IMG/VR virus record: IMGVR_UViG_3300023276_001086
Coordinates: 64,001 to 128,000 of that record
Strand: one strand, 5' to 3'
DNA length: 64,000 bases
DNA from: a virus
In this document: one piece after another, positions 1-9,944 of the stretch
Position numbering within the stretch: the stretch's first letter is position 1
Layout: the number at the start of each line of letters is the position of its first letter
The notes under the pieces: model-generated
Databases searched by the model: none
The model's input: only the letters and a program-made list of their open reading frames with translations
Told to the model about the DNA's origin: nothing
Position numbers and translations under genes: made by a program

Positions 1-1032
1 CTTCGTGTCGACCTTCACTTCGTTGGCGAAGTCAGTCGTGACCGCATTGACGTCGAAGACATCGACAGTGGTATTGATCTCCACTTCGGACGTCCCACCG
101 GCAGAGCCCTCAATAACCCGTAGAAGGATGGCCTCGAGGTCGTCTCTGATGGACCAGACAAGCCCGGCGCCCTTGAGGTTGAGAGTCGCATTGGTGGTCA
201 GATCAACAGCAGCAGTACCTTGGTTGTTGTAGGCAGCTTGGCGGTCAGTGTAGGAGGTACCCGCGTCAGCATAGCCGCCACCCCTCCACTGCCCCTCATT
301 CATATCGTCGAAAGCCATACGCTCGGTGTAGGCGTAGTCGATGACCTTGCCCTGGATGTAGGCAGCCGCAGCGAGCTCGAGATCATCACCAGTCGAGTTG
401 ACCACGACGAACGAGAGCTGTGCCCGATTCGCTGTCGTACCCGTGAGTGTCGAGCCGTCCGTGTTGGATTCACTCTGGAGCAACGCCATGATCTCGCGCT
501 CTGTGGCGTCAACAATCGGATCACGAGTCGCGTTGTCGACGATCTGCACGAGGTTCTTCGGACTGATGGTGGTCGCCCCAGCAACTTCGTCGAGCGCTGC
601 CGCAGCGAAGCTCGATGAGTAGGCGCAGACTGCACCCTCAGTGGTCACTGCACCGATGGCTGCTGTGGTGTTGGACGGAAGGTCAGCAAGGGCAAGTACC
701 ACAAAGGCCTGTGCTGCCGGTACCGTGACGTCGACACCGACCATCGACACGTAGTCGAGGAAACGCTTTCGCTCGATGCCGTGAAGATCCGTGTTGAGGT
801 CGTTGACCCCACGCTGGCTACCGGCGTCAAGAGCCGACGGCGTGTTCAAGTCATCAAACCAGTCCCCGGACTGTCCGTCCAAGAGATTGCTGGCCATGCT
901 CCGCAGAGAGTTGAGGTCATCCTCAAGACTCGACGTGTTCGTCTCGAAGTTTGCCGCAGAGGGGGTTACGGTATCGTCGTAAGTCCCACTCTTGTGGATC
1001 TGCGTATCTTGATCGAAAATGGACCTACTCAT
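1..1032 (-). CDS. Virion structural protein (tail/fibre-like), partial; runs off the left edge
   Basis: Read by hand: ATG at 1032, MSRSIFDQDTQIHKSGTYDD..., open for 344 codons to position 1. It is missing from the ORF track because there is no stop in the window. Thr/Ala/Asp-rich, in a structural context. Confidence 0.7.
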   Translation of the reverse strand, partial: MSRSIFDQDTQIHKSGTYDDTVTPSAANFETNTSSLEDDLNSLRSMASNLLDGQSGDWFDDLNTPSALDAGSQRGVNDLNTDLHGIERKRFLDYVSMVGVDVTVPAAQAFVVLALADLPSNTTAAIGAVTTEGAVCAYSSSFAAAALDEVAGATTISPKNLVQIVDNATRDPIVDATEREIMALLQSESNTDGSTLTGTTANRAQLSFVVVNSTGDDLELAAAAYIQGKVIDYAYTERMAFDDMNEGQWRGGGYADAGTSYTDRQAAYNNQGTAAVDLTTNATLNLKGAGLVWSIRDDLEAILLRVIEGSAGGTSEVEINTTVDVFDVNAVTTDFANEVKVDTK

Positions 1033-1049
1033 CGGTTACCCCTTGCTGA

Positions 1050-1706
1050 TCAAATGTCGGGCGCAAAGTCTACAGCCCAGTTCGACCCCGATCTCGGGGT
1101 GAACTCTAACTCTATTGTATCGTACCCAGTACCGGCACCACCAGACTCGGACACGACGTAGTCGCTGCCTGAGCCTTCTTCTAGTTTCTGGCCGTTGTAG
1201 AAGACTTTTTCCGAGCCCACGCCAAGGTGTACGAAGGCCATGGCTGTGGTGAAAATCTTGGGGTCACCTGTGGGGGTGAGGGGCTGGTTGTAGTACCGCC
1301 CACCGGATGTCCCGGTCTCGCCAACGACATCCATGGCCCGGAACAAGAGCTCGTCGTCGTCAGTAGCAACGCCTATCTGCTGCTTCTGACTCCCAGCCCC
1401 TGGGAAGTTGGCGTCCCCAGCGGCGGCCGGCTGACTGTCCGACCCAACGAAGTATGCCTCGCCAGGTGTGAGCCCTGTGTATAGATCAGTGAGCCCCTGG
1501 AACCGCACCCAACAGGCGGTTGGGCTCTGCTTCGACAGAATGACTGCCACTCCTGGCATCTTGTCGCCGTCGGACGGATCCGCCGCGCCTACCCGGTAAC
1601 GTGTGCCACTGAAGACGTCCCTGACGTAGACGATGTCCCCCACAGCATCAGCAGCCAGACAGGCCGCCAGCGCTAGGTTCTCCTGTTTTCGTGGTACGAC
1701 GGCCAT
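1050..1706 (-). CDS. Putative virion structural/decoration protein
   Basis: 218 aa. LTPGEAYFVG...QQIGVAT beta-rich motif plus a C-terminal VFYNGQKL..G.DY module typical of tail/fibre proteins. Confidence 0.55.
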   Translation of the reverse strand: MAVVPRKQENLALAACLAADAVGDIVYVRDVFSGTRYRVGAADPSDGDKMPGVAVILSKQSPTACWVRFQGLTDLYTGLTPGEAYFVGSDSQPAAAGDANFPGAGSQKQQIGVATDDDELLFRAMDVVGETGTSGGRYYNQPLTPTGDPKIFTTAMAFVHLGVGSEKVFYNGQKLEEGSGSDYVVSESGGAGTGYDTIELEFTPRSGSNWAVDFAPDI

Positions 1707-1717
1707 ATCGTACTCGG

Positions 1718-2143
1718 CTAGAAGGCTCCCCGCTTGGCAGCCTCGATATCAGCGAGTCTCGATGCTGCCGGAATGGCAGAACCGAACAAGGCACCCACCG
1801 CGGCAGCCCGACCAAGAGCTCGAGGCCTGAACCCTGCCTTGCGCGCCGCGCCGCCCTCAATCAAGGAGCCAGCAGCCTGTGCCCCGGCACCAACAAGCGC
1901 CCCGACTCCAGCCCGCCTGGCGTACTGCCCGGTGGTGTACTTCTTCCCGGCAAGTCGCTCGACTGCCTTCTCCTTCTCGCTCTGGGACTTAGACTCGCGG
2001 ATCTGCCCCCTGATTTTACGAAGCTCTTTGCGCCGAATACCCTTCGTGCCCAGATTCTTGACGAACTTATGGACGCGGCCCTTGGCACGCGCGTAGGCAC
2101 CCTCCTCAGCAAGCTTCATCATGTATACCTGAACGTTGGTCAT
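1718..2143 (-). CDS. Basic Gly/Ala-rich hypothetical protein (possibly an internal virion protein)
   Basis: 141 aa, in operon; KLA motif near N-terminus; GA-rich hydrophobic segments. Confidence 0.55.
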   Translation of the reverse strand: MTNVQVYMMKLAEEGAYARAKGRVHKFVKNLGTKGIRRKELRKIRGQIRESKSQSEKEKAVERLAGKKYTTGQYARRAGVGALVGAGAQAAGSLIEGGAARKAGFRPRALGRAAAVGALFGSAIPAASRLADIEAAKRGAF

Positions 2144-2150
2144 GGCACCC

Positions 2151-2384
2151 CTACTCTACCAGAAAGGCGTTGATCTCATCCTCGAGCAGCGCAGAGGCAG
2201 TCTCGGTCGTGTAATCCGCCATCCGACCGCCACTGGTACGGCCAGCGAAGACCGACCGCAAGAACGCAGCCTGGCTCTCAAACTCCCCAATTCTACGGTC
2301 AGCCCACTCCGTCACGGCGTTCTCGAGAGCGGTCAGCCGCTCCTCTCTTGTCGTCGTTGTGGTCTCTTCTTCCGCTCCGGCCAT
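2151..2384 (-). CDS. Hypothetical protein
   Basis: 77 aa; start overlaps the sigma gene stop. Confidence 0.6.
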   Translation of the reverse strand: MAGAEEETTTTTREERLTALENAVTEWADRRIGEFESQAAFLRSVFAGRTSGGRMADYTTETASALLEDEINAFLVE

Positions 2385-3154
2385 CAGGAATACCTCATCG
2401 CCTTCTTACCGATACTGGCTTTGATTCTCGACACCTTGGAGGGGGTAAGGTTCATCTTCTTGGCAATCTGACCTGGCTTGAGTTGGGGCTTACCACCCTC
2501 ACCCAGCAGATACTCGTAGACCGTCTGCTCTTGCGGGGCCAAGTCGTACTGGAGAAGCCTAAGTGTCTCCGCTTCCTTGGACGGCTTTAGCTTCGTCATA
2601 CCCCCACCCTGGAACTTCGAGGAGGGAATCTCCTTACGAAGCTCGCTCTCCATGGCCACAACCTGCTTCTGTGGCCACTTCATGTGATCCGCAATCTCGG
2701 TCGATGATGGATCCCTCTGAAGCTTATCGGCCAACAGATCCCGCTCAGTCTGGAACTGGTTGATCTTGTAGATCCTGGTCTCGGATATACGACCCACATT
2801 CTGGTACGTGGCGATGAACCTCTTGCCCTTCTTCAGCTGATGGGTGAGGTGGGTATTGAGTGCGGCCCGTTGGGGGTTGTAGCCCTGCACCGCCCTGATC
2901 GCCTGAATCTGGAACTCGGCATGAACCGCCGGCTTTGGGATGTTGACCCGACCTGAATAGACATTCGACTGCTTACGGATGAGGGGCTCGAGCTGCCTCA
3001 TCAAAGGCTCAAGGTCGTCAGCCTTGCGCCCATTCTGGTCCCACTGCTGCCAGAGCTGGAGATCCTTCTTGGACCTCGCGGTGGCTGCCTCTTTCTCCAG
3101 TGCATCTTCGGAGCCCAGGAACTCCTCGACTGGATTGAGCATCGTCGCCATCAA
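2384..3154 (-). CDS. Phage RNA polymerase sigma factor (sigma70 family, SigB/SigF/FliA-like, regions 2-4)
   Basis: Region 2-like AIRAVQGYNPQRAALNTHL, region 3 RDPSSTEIADHM, region 4 HTH GQIAKKMNLTPSKVSRIK. Confidence 0.8.
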   Translation of the reverse strand: MMATMLNPVEEFLGSEDALEKEAATARSKKDLQLWQQWDQNGRKADDLEPLMRQLEPLIRKQSNVYSGRVNIPKPAVHAEFQIQAIRAVQGYNPQRAALNTHLTHQLKKGKRFIATYQNVGRISETRIYKINQFQTERDLLADKLQRDPSSTEIADHMKWPQKQVVAMESELRKEIPSSKFQGGGMTKLKPSKEAETLRLLQYDLAPQEQTVYEYLLGEGGKPQLKPGQIAKKMNLTPSKVSRIKASIGKKAMRYS

Positions 3155-4728
3155 ACACCCTTCCCAGTCTGTGCCATCAATCCAAGCACCTGGTCGTTCA
3201 AACGCTGCTTCTGCGAGGCCGTGTCGTAGAGGACATCCTCCACACCCTTCTTCGGACCAAAGAACCCACGAGGCCTCGAGGCGTAACGCTCAACCTTGAC
3301 CGACCGCTCCTTGGGCGGCAAATGATCATGAGACTTGTAGCGCCGAGCTCGACCAATGACCTGACGCAACCTCTCCTCGTTCCAGTGCGGCTCGAGCACC
3401 TGGACCTGCCGAGTGCCCTTGAGGTCCAAACCCTCGCCGCCAGCACCAGACACGAGCAAGGCCTTCACCTTCCCTGCATTGTAGTCGCGAACGTTCTGGT
3501 CACGGTCCTTCTTCTTCATGTCTCCGCGGAAAGACGTGTGCGAGATACCCTTGTCGGTGAGCTCCTTGGAGTAGTCGTCGAGTGTGCTGAGGTAGTTGGC
3601 GTAGACAACGGCCTTGTGCCGGGGATTGCGACCAGCCTCGGACTTGAGTCGGCCAACGGCGCTCTGAATCTTCGGGGACGCCCCGGGGTCACCATCGCCA
3701 GAGTACTTCTTCTCCGAGCTCGAAATCTGCCGAGTCTGGGCTTGGAACTGATTGATACTCGCAAGGTCTTTGTGGTCCGGTGGTAGCCCCTTCCCCAAAC
3801 GCATACGGGTCATCCACGGGAGCTGCCCCCAGGCTTGGTCGTGCAGAGCAGACTGCCGCCGAGTCATCTTGACGTTGACGCGCTCCTCACTGATTGAGGG
3901 GAACCCATCCTCAGCGTTACCGTGGTAGTCGACCCACCTGTTCAGGACCCTACCAAGCTCCTTCTTATGAACAATCTTCGGATCCTTCGCAGCAAACGGA
4001 TTGATCAACGCAAAGAAGCCCTTGTTCGGCTGCTGAACAAAGCGCTTGCGGAACTCGGTACCCTCCGGAAGCGCCTTCCCGCCAGCTGCAATATTCACCA
4101 GCGGAGCAACGTCCTCCGGCATGTTGTAGACCGGGGATGCCGTGAGCAGCATGCGCTTACTCGCCTTCGACTGACGCAGGAGCTTGTAGCCCTTGGACTG
4201 CGGATTGCGAACTCGATGAGCCTCATCAACAATCAGGAGGTCACCTCGAGGTGGGTTGCCGTCCTTGACCGCCTTCTGGATACTCTCAACCTTGATAGGC
4301 AAGCTACCCTTGACGTGCTTCTTGATCTCCTTCTCATAGTTCTCTCGAAGAGCCGCCGGAACAAGTACGCGAGCTCGCTGCGGACCCAGATCTACTGCGG
4401 CACCGATAGAGCTGAACGTCTTACCCGAACCGGTACCGTGCGCCACCACAAGACCAGGCTGCTTGCGAATCTTATCGACGACCCGCTGCTGGTGAGGAAG
4501 CAGAGTCGACTTCAACTCAGCACCCTCCTTCTTGAACTCATCCCCCTCGCCGCCGGCTAGCCAGGCACCGTACTTCTCTTCAGCGTCGTGAACAGGGTCG
4601 TGGAGAACCTCGCTTGGCGTCTTGGAATGGAGATCTTTGCCCAGCAGGGTGTCCACGCGGTACGGACGCGCGCCCGCACGGGTCTGCATGAAACCACCCA
4701 TCTGCTTACCAACTGCGTCCTTCTCCAT
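3151..4728 (-). CDS. SNF2-like superfamily 2 helicase/ATPase
   Basis: Motifs LLPHQ, GSGKT, DEAH, TAS, GEGLDL, WN, QVIGRARR. Confidence 0.9.
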   Translation of the reverse strand: MEKDAVGKQMGGFMQTRAGARPYRVDTLLGKDLHSKTPSEVLHDPVHDAEEKYGAWLAGGEGDEFKKEGAELKSTLLPHQQRVVDKIRKQPGLVVAHGTGSGKTFSSIGAAVDLGPQRARVLVPAALRENYEKEIKKHVKGSLPIKVESIQKAVKDGNPPRGDLLIVDEAHRVRNPQSKGYKLLRQSKASKRMLLTASPVYNMPEDVAPLVNIAAGGKALPEGTEFRKRFVQQPNKGFFALINPFAAKDPKIVHKKELGRVLNRWVDYHGNAEDGFPSISEERVNVKMTRRQSALHDQAWGQLPWMTRMRLGKGLPPDHKDLASINQFQAQTRQISSSEKKYSGDGDPGASPKIQSAVGRLKSEAGRNPRHKAVVYANYLSTLDDYSKELTDKGISHTSFRGDMKKKDRDQNVRDYNAGKVKALLVSGAGGEGLDLKGTRQVQVLEPHWNEERLRQVIGRARRYKSHDHLPPKERSVKVERYASRPRGFFGPKKGVEDVLYDTASQKQRLNDQVLGLMAQTGKGV

Positions 4729-4755
4729 GGGTCCATCCTACTCCGCGCCCAACGC

Positions 4756-7700
4756 TCAACCAAGCTGCCCACGCGAACGATACAGCTCGTCAACGTAAGC
4801 TGCCACCTTCGCGGCCCGAGGAGCCCGCTTATCGATCCGTACCAAATTGTCGTTCCGATTCTGCCCCTCTTCGGACCTTTCCCCCGATGCCGTAGGTATC
4901 CCCAAGATATAACGCACAGGTCTGGCGCCCTCACCCTCTTCCGGCGGTATCAGGTTACGAAGGTTGGCACCATTCTCCCCGTGACCAAACGCCCGACTAT
5001 GGAATCCCTCGACACCACTGTTGACCCTCCCGTTGGCGGGATTGATCTTGAGGTCACGACTACCCAACATGTCGACCATGTCCGCAACTGGGCGCCAGTT
5101 ATACGCTCGGACGAACTCATTGACGTCCATCCCCGACTGGTGCTGGAGCGCACTGTAGGAGCGTACCAACAGATCGACGGCCCGCTCGATAGAGATGGCC
5201 ATCTCCGCGTCCTGAACCGTAGTCCCGTCATCACGAATAGGATCCTGCGGACCTCTTGCACGAGAAGCTGCGTCCGCCGATTGATCTTCGGCGTCTGCTG
5301 TTGGCGTCGCGGAACGCTGACCCATACTGATGACCGTCTGGTCTGTGATGGATCCAGTACCAAAAAACTGATTGTAGGTTCCGCCGATCTGGTCGTTACG
5401 CCACACGTCACTCATCCAAGGCGGCCGCATGAAGTCCTCGATTGGAACATTGACCTCGGCGGTCTCCCCCTCTTGGTCCTCCGTGATGCGGTAAGCCACG
5501 AAGGTCACCATGGTGTCCTCGTCGCCTACCAACGTCACAACCTCCGGACCGTAAGCCTCAGCCTTCTGGGTCAGGCCTACCTCAGCCTCGAGGTCCGTTC
5601 TACGAGGACCACCGCTCCTGAACGTCCCGAACAGAAGATGCTCACCAGTCTGCTGAGTGAGCCGCTCCACTGCCGTGATGGTGCCGTAGTTTGGACCCAT
5701 CTGCCCGATACGTGGTGGATCCTGCTCCGGCGCGGCCACGGTGAGACTATCGGTGCTGTTGGCGTCTGTGCGGCGCCGAATGGTGTAGCGGTTCGCTCCC
5801 AGAAGCTCATCGTTATCCCGGTGAGTTCGGGCGGTCGAGTATGTGTAGGACGTCGACGCACTGCTCTGGTTGATAGAGTGGTTCAGGCCCATGATCAACC
5901 CAATGAACTGAGTCGGAGCCGTCTGCCGTAAGATAGCCCAAGCGTCCAAGGGACCCCAATCCTCCCCGGGTGTAACAGTCCCGTCCTTGTTACGGACCAG
6001 GCCTGGGTAGTTCTGCGAGAAGGCCTCATCGAGAAAACTCACACCGCGCATACCCGACAGCTGTACCTGCTCCACCGTCATGGGAGCGTCGATGAGCAAC
6101 GACGGGAAACCGCACACAGCCCAGGGGTTGAACTTGCCAGAGGCACTCATAGCCCTTGAAGACCAACGGTTCTTGAAGAATTGGAAGTTGGCAGCCCGAC
6201 TCACGTAAGGAACTCGCGCCCCACGGTAGCTCACCTGGCGTGTCCTCGAGGCCACCATGTTGACCTCACTCATCCGCTCAAAGACAGGCACAACTCCGGT
6301 GTAGAGCTCGTGATCCATCAACCTCCCGGCGTAGGCCGCCCGTCGAAGAGTTGCGTTCTCAGCGTCGTCACGACGACTGCGGCTTTGCCTAACTCGAGAG
6401 TTGGTACCAAGAACCTCCACATCGGGAGCGTAGTAGACGCTGTTCAACAACGCATCCGACCCAAAGATCTCATCAGTGACCGTCAGCCGCATTCGAGTCA
6501 CCTCCCGCATGTGCTGACGGGAGAACTGGACCTGATTGTACAGTTCGGGGAAAATCACGTTACAGCGAGGAGGAGAGCACATGAAAATATCTGGTCTGAT
6601 GATCTGGCTGTTGAGCCTGGAAGACTCAATCACCGTCTCGGTGTAGCCCTCACTACGCGTGATGGGGATGGTCGCCTGCCCACCGTGCATTATCCGATGT
6701 GCCTCAGCGAGCTTGGTGAGAGCCACAGTTCTTCTGGCCTGCCCAGCATTTGCAAACCAGTACCGGTAGTTCGCCTCGTGTACCGTCTCTTCCTCGAGAT
6801 TGTCGACACTCGTCCACGTCTGCTCCTGTGTACGTAGCGTGGTAGCGAGAGCCCTGACAGCGACACCGGCTGCGTGCAAAGCGCTGTGTGCCCCCTGGAT
6901 GCTATACCGGGACTGGTACGGTTGTACGCCGATCTTGGTCGCCCGAATGGCATCGGCCAGACTGTTCAGTTGCCCCGACATCCTGCCGACTCTTGGGTTC
7001 AGCGTAGTGTTGACGTAGCTACGCAACGTAGTCATGTGGGCGACTACCTCACCCGAGATCTGCAAACCCCGAGTGGTACTCGTAAAGACCCGCGTAACCG
7101 AGGCGCCAGTCGCCACCCTACGCGTCCTCGCCCGCTCGAAAGAGTCTGCCGACTGATACATCGCAATCGGATTCGGGATCGTATTGTGGAAAATGAACTT
7201 GTTGAGGAGGTTCAGTATTTCCCGGAAACTGGCGATCTTGCCCAGCCTGCCACCGGAACTCCTGGTCCAACGGTTGAACGCCCGACGCGGAAAGAGCCGC
7301 TGACTCGAGGTGTCACTCTCCGATGCAGCAAGCATATCGATCAAATGAAAACGCAACTCGGCCATCGTGAAGAAATCGTTGACCCCACGGAAACCGCGAC
7401 GACTGTTGTACACCCCACCCACCCGCTCGAGCAGATGGACGATCCCCGACAAAAGCCCCGTAAGCTCAGGCCGAGCTCGAGAGCGCCGGTTGACTACATC
7501 AATGATCGTACTGGTGGCGCTGCTGAAGAAAGTATCGAAGAGCGTGGTTCCTGCACCAATGAACTGCGCCGTCCCGTTACCAGTGAGGGAAGAGACGTTG
7601 ACCTGGTACTGGTAGCAGGTATCCCAGTACACCGAGAGATCCAAGCACGAAAGGATGATGGACCGCTGGCTGTCCGACTTGACGAACTGGTAGCCGATAA

Positions 7701-8298
7701 CCTCCCCAGTGAAGAAAATTTTCCACAACCTGTCCTCTAGCTCTGGCTCCTCCGTGTAGGAGCTCCCGCCGTCATCGGAGCCGGTGTGCTGATCTGAACG
7801 AATAGCACCTGCGGCAGTGCTACCGTCAGTGGCCGGGAGGTCGCCTTCGGGCTGTTCGGCCCTGAGCTCATCCGGCAACCCCCGGAGCATCGAGCGACGC
7901 AACTCATTCGGAAGCTCACGCAGCACCGAGGTACGCAACTCGGGGGGCATGTCCCGCAATATCTGCATTCTTTGGTTGGCCGACGGGGCAGCAATAACAC
8001 TCCGGGCCGACTCACTCAGCGGTCTATCGTTCTCCGCCTCCGCCACCTCATCAGAGGTCGCGGCCTGATCCACATTCCCCACCGAGACAGTGGCCGCGTC
8101 AGACGGCCCGCCGTAGTAGTCTTTGAAGAATAAGTGAACAAGCGTCCTGGGGTGGAGCTCGTGCGCCTTGTCCGTAGCCGGAATCTGGATCTGACACTGC
8201 GCAGGGGCATCCGGTTGGATACTCAAGTTGGCTGAGATGACCGGGACCTCGTACCCCTCCAAGAACAACCGAAGACTCAGGTGCTGACCAACAGCCAC
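4756..8298 (-). CDS. Large virion protein, probable baseplate hub/tail-tip protein
   Basis: 1180 aa; second gene after the small ORF downstream of the tape measure; N-terminal beta pattern LRLFLEGYEVPV...FTGEVIG. Call rests on synteny. Confidence 0.5.
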   Translation of the reverse strand: MAVGQHLSLRLFLEGYEVPVISANLSIQPDAPAQCQIQIPATDKAHELHPRTLVHLFFKDYYGGPSDAATVSVGNVDQAATSDEVAEAENDRPLSESARSVIAAPSANQRMQILRDMPPELRTSVLRELPNELRRSMLRGLPDELRAEQPEGDLPATDGSTAAGAIRSDQHTGSDDGGSSYTEEPELEDRLWKIFFTGEVIGYQFVKSDSQRSIILSCLDLSVYWDTCYQYQVNVSSLTGNGTAQFIGAGTTLFDTFFSSATSTIIDVVNRRSRARPELTGLLSGIVHLLERVGGVYNSRRGFRGVNDFFTMAELRFHLIDMLAASESDTSSQRLFPRRAFNRWTRSSGGRLGKIASFREILNLLNKFIFHNTIPNPIAMYQSADSFERARTRRVATGASVTRVFTSTTRGLQISGEVVAHMTTLRSYVNTTLNPRVGRMSGQLNSLADAIRATKIGVQPYQSRYSIQGAHSALHAAGVAVRALATTLRTQEQTWTSVDNLEEETVHEANYRYWFANAGQARRTVALTKLAEAHRIMHGGQATIPITRSEGYTETVIESSRLNSQIIRPDIFMCSPPRCNVIFPELYNQVQFSRQHMREVTRMRLTVTDEIFGSDALLNSVYYAPDVEVLGTNSRVRQSRSRRDDAENATLRRAAYAGRLMDHELYTGVVPVFERMSEVNMVASRTRQVSYRGARVPYVSRAANFQFFKNRWSSRAMSASGKFNPWAVCGFPSLLIDAPMTVEQVQLSGMRGVSFLDEAFSQNYPGLVRNKDGTVTPGEDWGPLDAWAILRQTAPTQFIGLIMGLNHSINQSSASTSYTYSTARTHRDNDELLGANRYTIRRRTDANSTDSLTVAAPEQDPPRIGQMGPNYGTITAVERLTQQTGEHLLFGTFRSGGPRRTDLEAEVGLTQKAEAYGPEVVTLVGDEDTMVTFVAYRITEDQEGETAEVNVPIEDFMRPPWMSDVWRNDQIGGTYNQFFGTGSITDQTVISMGQRSATPTADAEDQSADAASRARGPQDPIRDDGTTVQDAEMAISIERAVDLLVRSYSALQHQSGMDVNEFVRAYNWRPVADMVDMLGSRDLKINPANGRVNSGVEGFHSRAFGHGENGANLRNLIPPEEGEGARPVRYILGIPTASGERSEEGQNRNDNLVRIDKRAPRAAKVAAYVDELYRSRGQLG

Positions 8299-9647
8299 TA
8301 CAGCAACCCCGCCGAATCAACTATCATGCCGAAAGGCACCTCTCTGGGGAAGATGGGCGGTCTGGGCGGGCCGGCCGAACCGATAGCGGGAGCTGGATCC
8401 TGATTACTCCGGAGTCGGTTGCCTCCGTGTTCTATGATTTCCGTCTGCGCCCGCCCAGCGCGCCCCATCATATCCCAGAACTTCTGAGTCTCTGGGGGTG
8501 GCGGGAGCTGGGTAGTCGTAGCAATGACGGAGTCAGCGGTTGCGGCAACGGTGGTGCCCGCTGTGAGGAGCGCATTGACCCCTACGTCGAAGTTACGATC
8601 AGCCGCCAACCACTTGTCCGCCAGAGACAGCGGTGACGCGAGCTCCCCCGCAGACGGGGCAGGATCAAGCCCCTCCAAGAACTCATCCCTGTTGTCCGTG
8701 AACTGGCCACGAAGAGGGATCTTCCTCGGATACTCAGAGGCTACCCCCGGAGTCTGGAAGCTGCGCACCGTATCACTGATCACACTAGCAGTCTGGAGCG
8801 CCGCCACTGCCCTGTTCATGAACCCAGCTACAGAAGGATCACCCGCAGTGATGAGACCGTTTCGAATCATCGTACTGATCATCGCCTGATGGCCCAGGTA
8901 GGCAAAACGGTTCGCCTGAATGACCGCTTCAGTACTGAGTTCACGCTGAAGGTTTCGATTCTGCTGCCAGAGCTGGAGCGCCCTGGAATAGCTATCGAGC
9001 TGGGTGTAATCGATCTCGTTGGACGGGACCGGGTAGTTACGCTCGCCGAGCGCCGAGATATCTGTGTGGCCCGTGATGAACATCTGGAAGTTGAAGGGGA
9101 TGACGTTGGGCTGGTTCGCGTTATCGGTAGCGCTCGCCCCAACCATGTACCCCTCGACGATGACGTCGTCGTAAATGAGGTAGAGTCGGGCGCCCATCTC
9201 AACCAGACGTGTGCCGCGAAAGTACCGCTCGTAGTTTGCCCAGAACTCGGAGCGCCAGTTGAAGTCAGCGGTGTTGAGTAGCAGACCGCTGACCCGCAAC
9301 ATCCTCGGGGCCTCACCGAAGAAGAAAATGTAGCTCTCGCCAAAGGTGTCGACGATCTGCTGCTTCTCGTGACGCTCCTCCTGAACCGACTGCACCAAGA
9401 AGTTGGTGTACTGAGTAGTGAAGTTCATCCCCTCACTCTCAATGTGCTGCTCACCGGCCGCGTCAATCACAGGCATGAACGCCCCATTGGCGCCCATGAC
9501 ACGAATCATCGCGTAGGTGTTCTCCTTGATCTGTATGCCCCGCAGCGGTCGACGAACCGGCTGCTCATGTCGGGCATAGAGCTCGTGGACCATCTCCTCG
9601 CGCTCACGCTCGAACGGTTCGGATTGCGCTTCGATGTAAACAGCCAT
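8298..9647 (-). CDS. Probable baseplate/tail tube initiator protein
   Basis: 449 aa; NFLVQSVQEERHEK..VDTFGESYIFFFGE pattern; position after the tape measure. Confidence 0.45.
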   Translation of the reverse strand: MAVYIEAQSEPFEREREEMVHELYARHEQPVRRPLRGIQIKENTYAMIRVMGANGAFMPVIDAAGEQHIESEGMNFTTQYTNFLVQSVQEERHEKQQIVDTFGESYIFFFGEAPRMLRVSGLLLNTADFNWRSEFWANYERYFRGTRLVEMGARLYLIYDDVIVEGYMVGASATDNANQPNVIPFNFQMFITGHTDISALGERNYPVPSNEIDYTQLDSYSRALQLWQQNRNLQRELSTEAVIQANRFAYLGHQAMISTMIRNGLITAGDPSVAGFMNRAVAALQTASVISDTVRSFQTPGVASEYPRKIPLRGQFTDNRDEFLEGLDPAPSAGELASPLSLADKWLAADRNFDVGVNALLTAGTTVAATADSVIATTTQLPPPPETQKFWDMMGRAGRAQTEIIEHGGNRLRSNQDPAPAIGSAGPPRPPIFPREVPFGMIVDSAGLL

Positions 9648-9653
9648 TGTCCC

Positions 9654-9941
9654 TCAGATCGTCATGCCCGTTTTGATGAGGGCGTCCTTGATTTCCTTGT
9701 CGACCGGCGGCACGGGGAAGCGGGCCCCAGCACCCCCACCCATCAGGTACGGGTAAGCCGACGCCCGAACGAGATTGAGGTATGGGTCTTCGGGGACGAT
9801 GGTATCACGAACGATCAACGTCACCCGTTGGCCCCCGACAGTGGACCGAATACGCTTCTCTCGGCGACCTATGCCGACGTCTTCGCTAGGTACGGGCCGC
9901 TCGTATGTCTTACCGAATCCCTCGCCTACTACAACTGCCAT
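9654..9941 (-). CDS. Hypothetical protein (tail region)
   Basis: 95 aa; fills the gap in the operon. Confidence 0.55.
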   Translation of the reverse strand: MAVVVGEGFGKTYERPVPSEDVGIGRREKRIRSTVGGQRVTLIVRDTIVPEDPYLNLVRASAYPYLMGGGAGARFPVPPVDKEIKDALIKTGMTI

Positions 9942-9944
9942 AAT

